This document shows, piece after piece, positions 63,501-64,000 of a stretch of 64,000 nt of DNA. The notes below the pieces were generated by a model, which was given only the letters and a program-made list of their open reading frames with translations, was not told where the DNA came from and searched no databases. The DNA is from a virus (Duplodnaviria > Caudoviricetes). The DNA lies in the IMG/VR virus record IMGVR_UViG_3300028886_000001. The stretch is one strand, 5' to 3'. Within the stretch, counting starts at the first letter, position 1; the number at the start of each line of letters is the position of its first letter. The position numbers were made by a program, and so were the translations under genes.

Positions 63501-64000
63501 TCTAGGAATCCTTTGGCTGTCTTATTGTCGTCTCCTTCTTTACCATAGATAACTTCATATAATCTCTTATCTGCTTTATCTATAATCTTAGTAAAGAAAT
63601 CTAATGGTTTCTTAGAGAAATCTCTTAGTCTATTTATTACTACATCGGCTTTTTTAGTAATACTATCAGCATATAAAAGTTTATCTATTAATGTCTTAGG
63701 CTCTTTAGCTCTATTTGCATTGTATTCAATTTCTCTCTGTGTTTGATCAATCATTCCTGCTGTTTTAATAGCTGATTGTAAAGCACCTTCATCATCATAT
63801 TCAGAGAAGTTTACATAAGAAGATAGTTTAGCTTCCTTTCTCTTCTTTCTTCTATTCTCTTCATTTCTAAGGAAAGTTCTTTCTTGTCTTTCTCTTTCTT
63901 CTCTATCTTTAGTAGCATATGTTTTCTTAGAATCATCCTTTATAACTATATCATCTACAGAAGGAGCTTGATAAGAAACTCTTCCACTATAAGCACTACC
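54539..64000 (-). CDS. giant tape-measure / tail lysin (over 3150 aa, 5' end outside the window) with GH73 glucosaminidase, M23 peptidase and C39-like peptidase domains
   Basis: frame open from 63754 to 64000; HFAKG..LSEGEMVV; G/A-rich hydrophobic repeats; LETGWG..NNPFGI; HTGID..HM..GPHLHYE; QFDERW..SGCGPTSMAM..GH. Confidence 0.88.
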   Translation of the reverse strand, partial: GSAYSGRVSYQAPSVDDIVIKDDSKKTYATKDREERERQERTFLRNEENRRKKRKEAKLSSYVNFSEYDDEGALQSAIKTAGMIDQTQREIEYNANRAKEPKTLIDKLLYADSITKKADVVINRLRDFSKKPLDFFTKIIDKADKRLYEVIYGKEGDDNKTAKGFLDHLIKKMQDTFKRFNEFLDEKVLKPLKEATGIDSLKKNIKDFFKDTIINPLKDRFKGLGTGIKDSLKSAWGTVKDSVKGAFSDTFGPLINKIKSKKKPNKLSRNAIKEDETDEYASMDENGVVHDNFSMTDGERKSSDYYSNFSFDPYNDAAASESVKSKYMEFNYNDAKKQNAELRPTILKQIQKGKWQAQKDKKELDRLLSKYTNPNNKKNIPEAVVKKINELQSKLSNRKQYYNTDEYLTYLQNNKYLRHYKDVMPGIKANERELLRNEFGDRYDKLADKLGLDIAGKNVLKSILRNQTNNITDINDYDKLDSYTLNDLYNDLSSGNDKYTKMIESAKKNAKSPEEVKKIENKFASYKKTMDVLNKFTSDNKIDKTKMSILDVISNDNLKMAQDTSGSVDEFVEQHPGLVGGFNDQINIQTDTTSKILEYVKDIRDKLLGKSSKPKKATNSGIVLPGDMDLGTEPGYEEESNAMKDKLKGLIKAMYDYMWGSTPHFAKGTGAKGVNESTVATLSEGEMVVSADSVQEISKSSTMIQQGLTTLFKALQSDSQKERTNAFNKFATDMQNLNDEMGGFEDRSIIEGEGFKDANVRNAFRKLKESGKAEYATQAIKNTYNKIALHNKQDFDENGIPLDPQLRASYEQARPYVEKMYETAINGVTTFSDSLFGKSSKKNKENFKKAADSITKDINKYAPEAITGGLIGGGVSLLTGAIGGPLLGAAVGAGIAITKKSDAMQNWLFGEVGKDGEREGGVFSKKATKFINKAFPDAKRLGIVGGVAGLLPFGPLGPVGGMILGATAGFVKNSNTVQDLLFGDSKNSLFGDKEEFKKKVDKYAPHAGIGALLGAVTTPFGLGLLPSVALGAAAGLATTNNKFREYVLGVQDDNGEYQGGLLPTIRDNLINPLKKSLVKTKDKLKSKLNEVLFNPLKELMSNTKDMVTGLFKSAARSLKDFLDERFMKSKGVPFRKWLEDKLLKPILSPFRLVGKAAIGLLGLGPKAIGGVAKFISNREKTFNINRGYSRNTTAQERMDERNKNVYNKYIRYGNLAGGAIQDLARSFGVPEGVIKTLDNDTATRARKVDEGIVQLDDEGLSKLRENLIGYRQVKDKNFDMRKEQVKDLANTVNPYFKGGNAKKILNAVHNGDIEGAKILASTLKFDYANRNELQDDVDRFIMDARKNGRYSDKSDEELSNIAKREMESAKRKSIIETMEKQAKEYDKFINGSYKTSEEDMSKLEQTMKEKFGVDITKSLDSGKLLELLGSEKVNREARKQEKLAGMTETEKLQYKQNELLKAQEARDSKFQTELLSVVQTVSLQLKMAADPNYVPTPEEQALAKTGKLPSLQDKIKENAEALEQAKANEKPEEDNTTETKDIDVANDALDYYNDRHGKKTEGQQAVDKATQNTNTSGIDKAKKQQEADNGPSGGILDDNPNDHKTDLLTSDMQVYRVERNKDGDLEPDKSDPETRKTIKDIQSNKELRQKALENLGKVGAAVGQAAVIKGEEVKDKAKSKISELLGGFSGLGKILKLVLGGSIIGSIFGGDGTIGNISKAILSFLGKSAKGIANWGLKKLGFQDTRQTIYTDAEGNQIDAKDVHYDEDSQTYVDSEGNQVNAEEVGTSSLGNLGKRSVKALGKYALTGGRGSIFKPIFNSATKSLKATSTLGKVMHPFRTVKQGAMSAIDKIGNGKYSVHNVLDRSFGIGKNAGQEAVEQTIKNTTKEATEEVAKEASKGGAKVIDFATAKANKQLAKTGTNIAADTLGKGATKVAEAGQKGVEKVVETAANSAEHSALKGKFLAKVGSLFKKIVGNSKVQKLLGENVAKALVEKGLPTLLKELAEKLVGKTLAKAIGKIAGFIGSAGLINIAFAVYDFITGYSDAKNILGITEEPSTSSKIIAGLVNALNGVVTLGLFPTKWWISLFTTIVGNVCGKTDMDLLKQREKAQAKLAEFNDKYGVSYTLEDYNNAVENGDIDADKNEDKDGDPSNNNTKKQGIMSKVWSGIKKGAFIAMPWLYGVKAVKDKIASAFGWGGVQDSKSDKDIAKGKRSPIFDHDYRTLSKDQLRSRTSTENKSQLAYKVLQANKDFAKGNKKKSNIRIGSGAKPYNDINTINRMAKASGIVTDKQLAMAQGVNKNIGGAEDYPGFDNSNSLRYAKLDSKIGYDTNADLLRNYMDKMHKDTGISQLSDAFIQAGQKSGLDPKYIFAHCMLETGWGSSTIWKDKNNPFGIAAYNATPYSSAYDFASPEDGVVKGAQWIKDNFTTPGQDTLQKMEYADKHHMYAEMDDGSPNEEWINNISSIMWNTPTTRSGEAGHTVDNTNGSYDPSKAENNNASYDGKASNSKSSESEPSVMNFFTDLATLASKSINSLFGYGDKSSKSSSSSSNTTGYKSATGKYDSDAWYNSTLGGAVVTGPYEEQRGDHKHTGIDYSKSDIEGKDIISPIDGVVVSSLSPESSGGYGNLLKVAETNSDDAHNGNYHYFAHMQSLPNRNGITFKSGDKISMGDKLGQVGSTGNSSGPHLHYEVRDSKDQARFDPNAYLSGDQSFTSRFGKGGVQNSKSDKDIDKGKKNSLLNIGGVQNSKSDKQVNHKGIGVGFGNVKDSDKQNGAVYFQQFDERWASHPYGSSTVQRSGCGPTSMAMLIDSVTNNSVTPDETADWSTNNGGYISGAGTSWDYFAKQGKVYGINMVETTDYDGTLLPALQDNRPAILSGQGSRPFSSGGHLVFAVNADKDGNVRINNPGYRDQPLTVSMTDLKNAGMMHAWISDKKLDGSKASGSSDSNSSSDSSSSKSTESKPSLYEFFSTLGTKATRAFNSLMGFKNTDENASSDSENKDAGSGPDNPMDSKMKTDISMNDTDNLDGYISKLDAGSGPDNPMNSKIKNKRTPYNSKGMGFGPTDSTTIENNNTTLKTQDYNKLLKVIIQTLLKISDNTNLLNKIVEILANRSGNTAADNANTANSIMTVMRDANQDQNPDNAYLMELLNKLAVE

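Noticed and set aside
63752-63754. Listed start of the 3071-aa ORF
   Set aside because: The frame stays open to position 64000, so the true start is outside the window
1-64000. tRNA/rRNA genes, stop-codon recoding, phage-nucleus shell or tubulin genes
   Set aside because: No cloverleaf or rRNA-like stretch seen; genes tile densely under code 11 with all three stop codons used; no ChmA or PhuZ motifs recognisable by eye

Overview
Very AT-rich segment (roughly a quarter GC by eye) of a jumbo myophage genome of the AR9/PBS1-like, phiKZ-related type that encodes its own multisubunit RNA polymerases. The host is probably an anaerobic Firmicute (strong AGGAGG ribosome-binding sites, NrdG, peptidoglycan hydrolases). 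Virion genes include a gp21-like prohead protease, a probable major capsid protein, a paralogous internal-head-protein cluster, baseplate and tube genes, and a giant tape-measure/lysin gene that runs off the right edge. Other genes include a GroEL-like chaperonin, an RNAP beta' fragment (DYDGD), a probable sigma-like subunit, primase, a RusA-like resolvase, dCTP deaminase and an Apyc1-like MBL hydrolase. Two promoter motifs can be read directly: AACA-N6-TA (16 exact intergenic or gene-boundary copies) and (A/G)ATT(A/G)TATATTAT (10 copies). Main hunting results: (1) late polyproteins whose enzyme domains (nuclease, two GNATs, a permuted papain fold) are bracketed by prohead-protease-type x-x-E sites; (2) a promoter plus dCTP deaminase signature suggesting uracil-DNA; (3) a candidate -1 frameshift in a tail/baseplate assembly gene; (4) a stand-alone early sRNA or micro-ORF unit; (5) a mosaic triplet of early micro-proteins, one of them inside a fold-back transcript. 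All functional calls come from reading motifs by eye; no searches were run.
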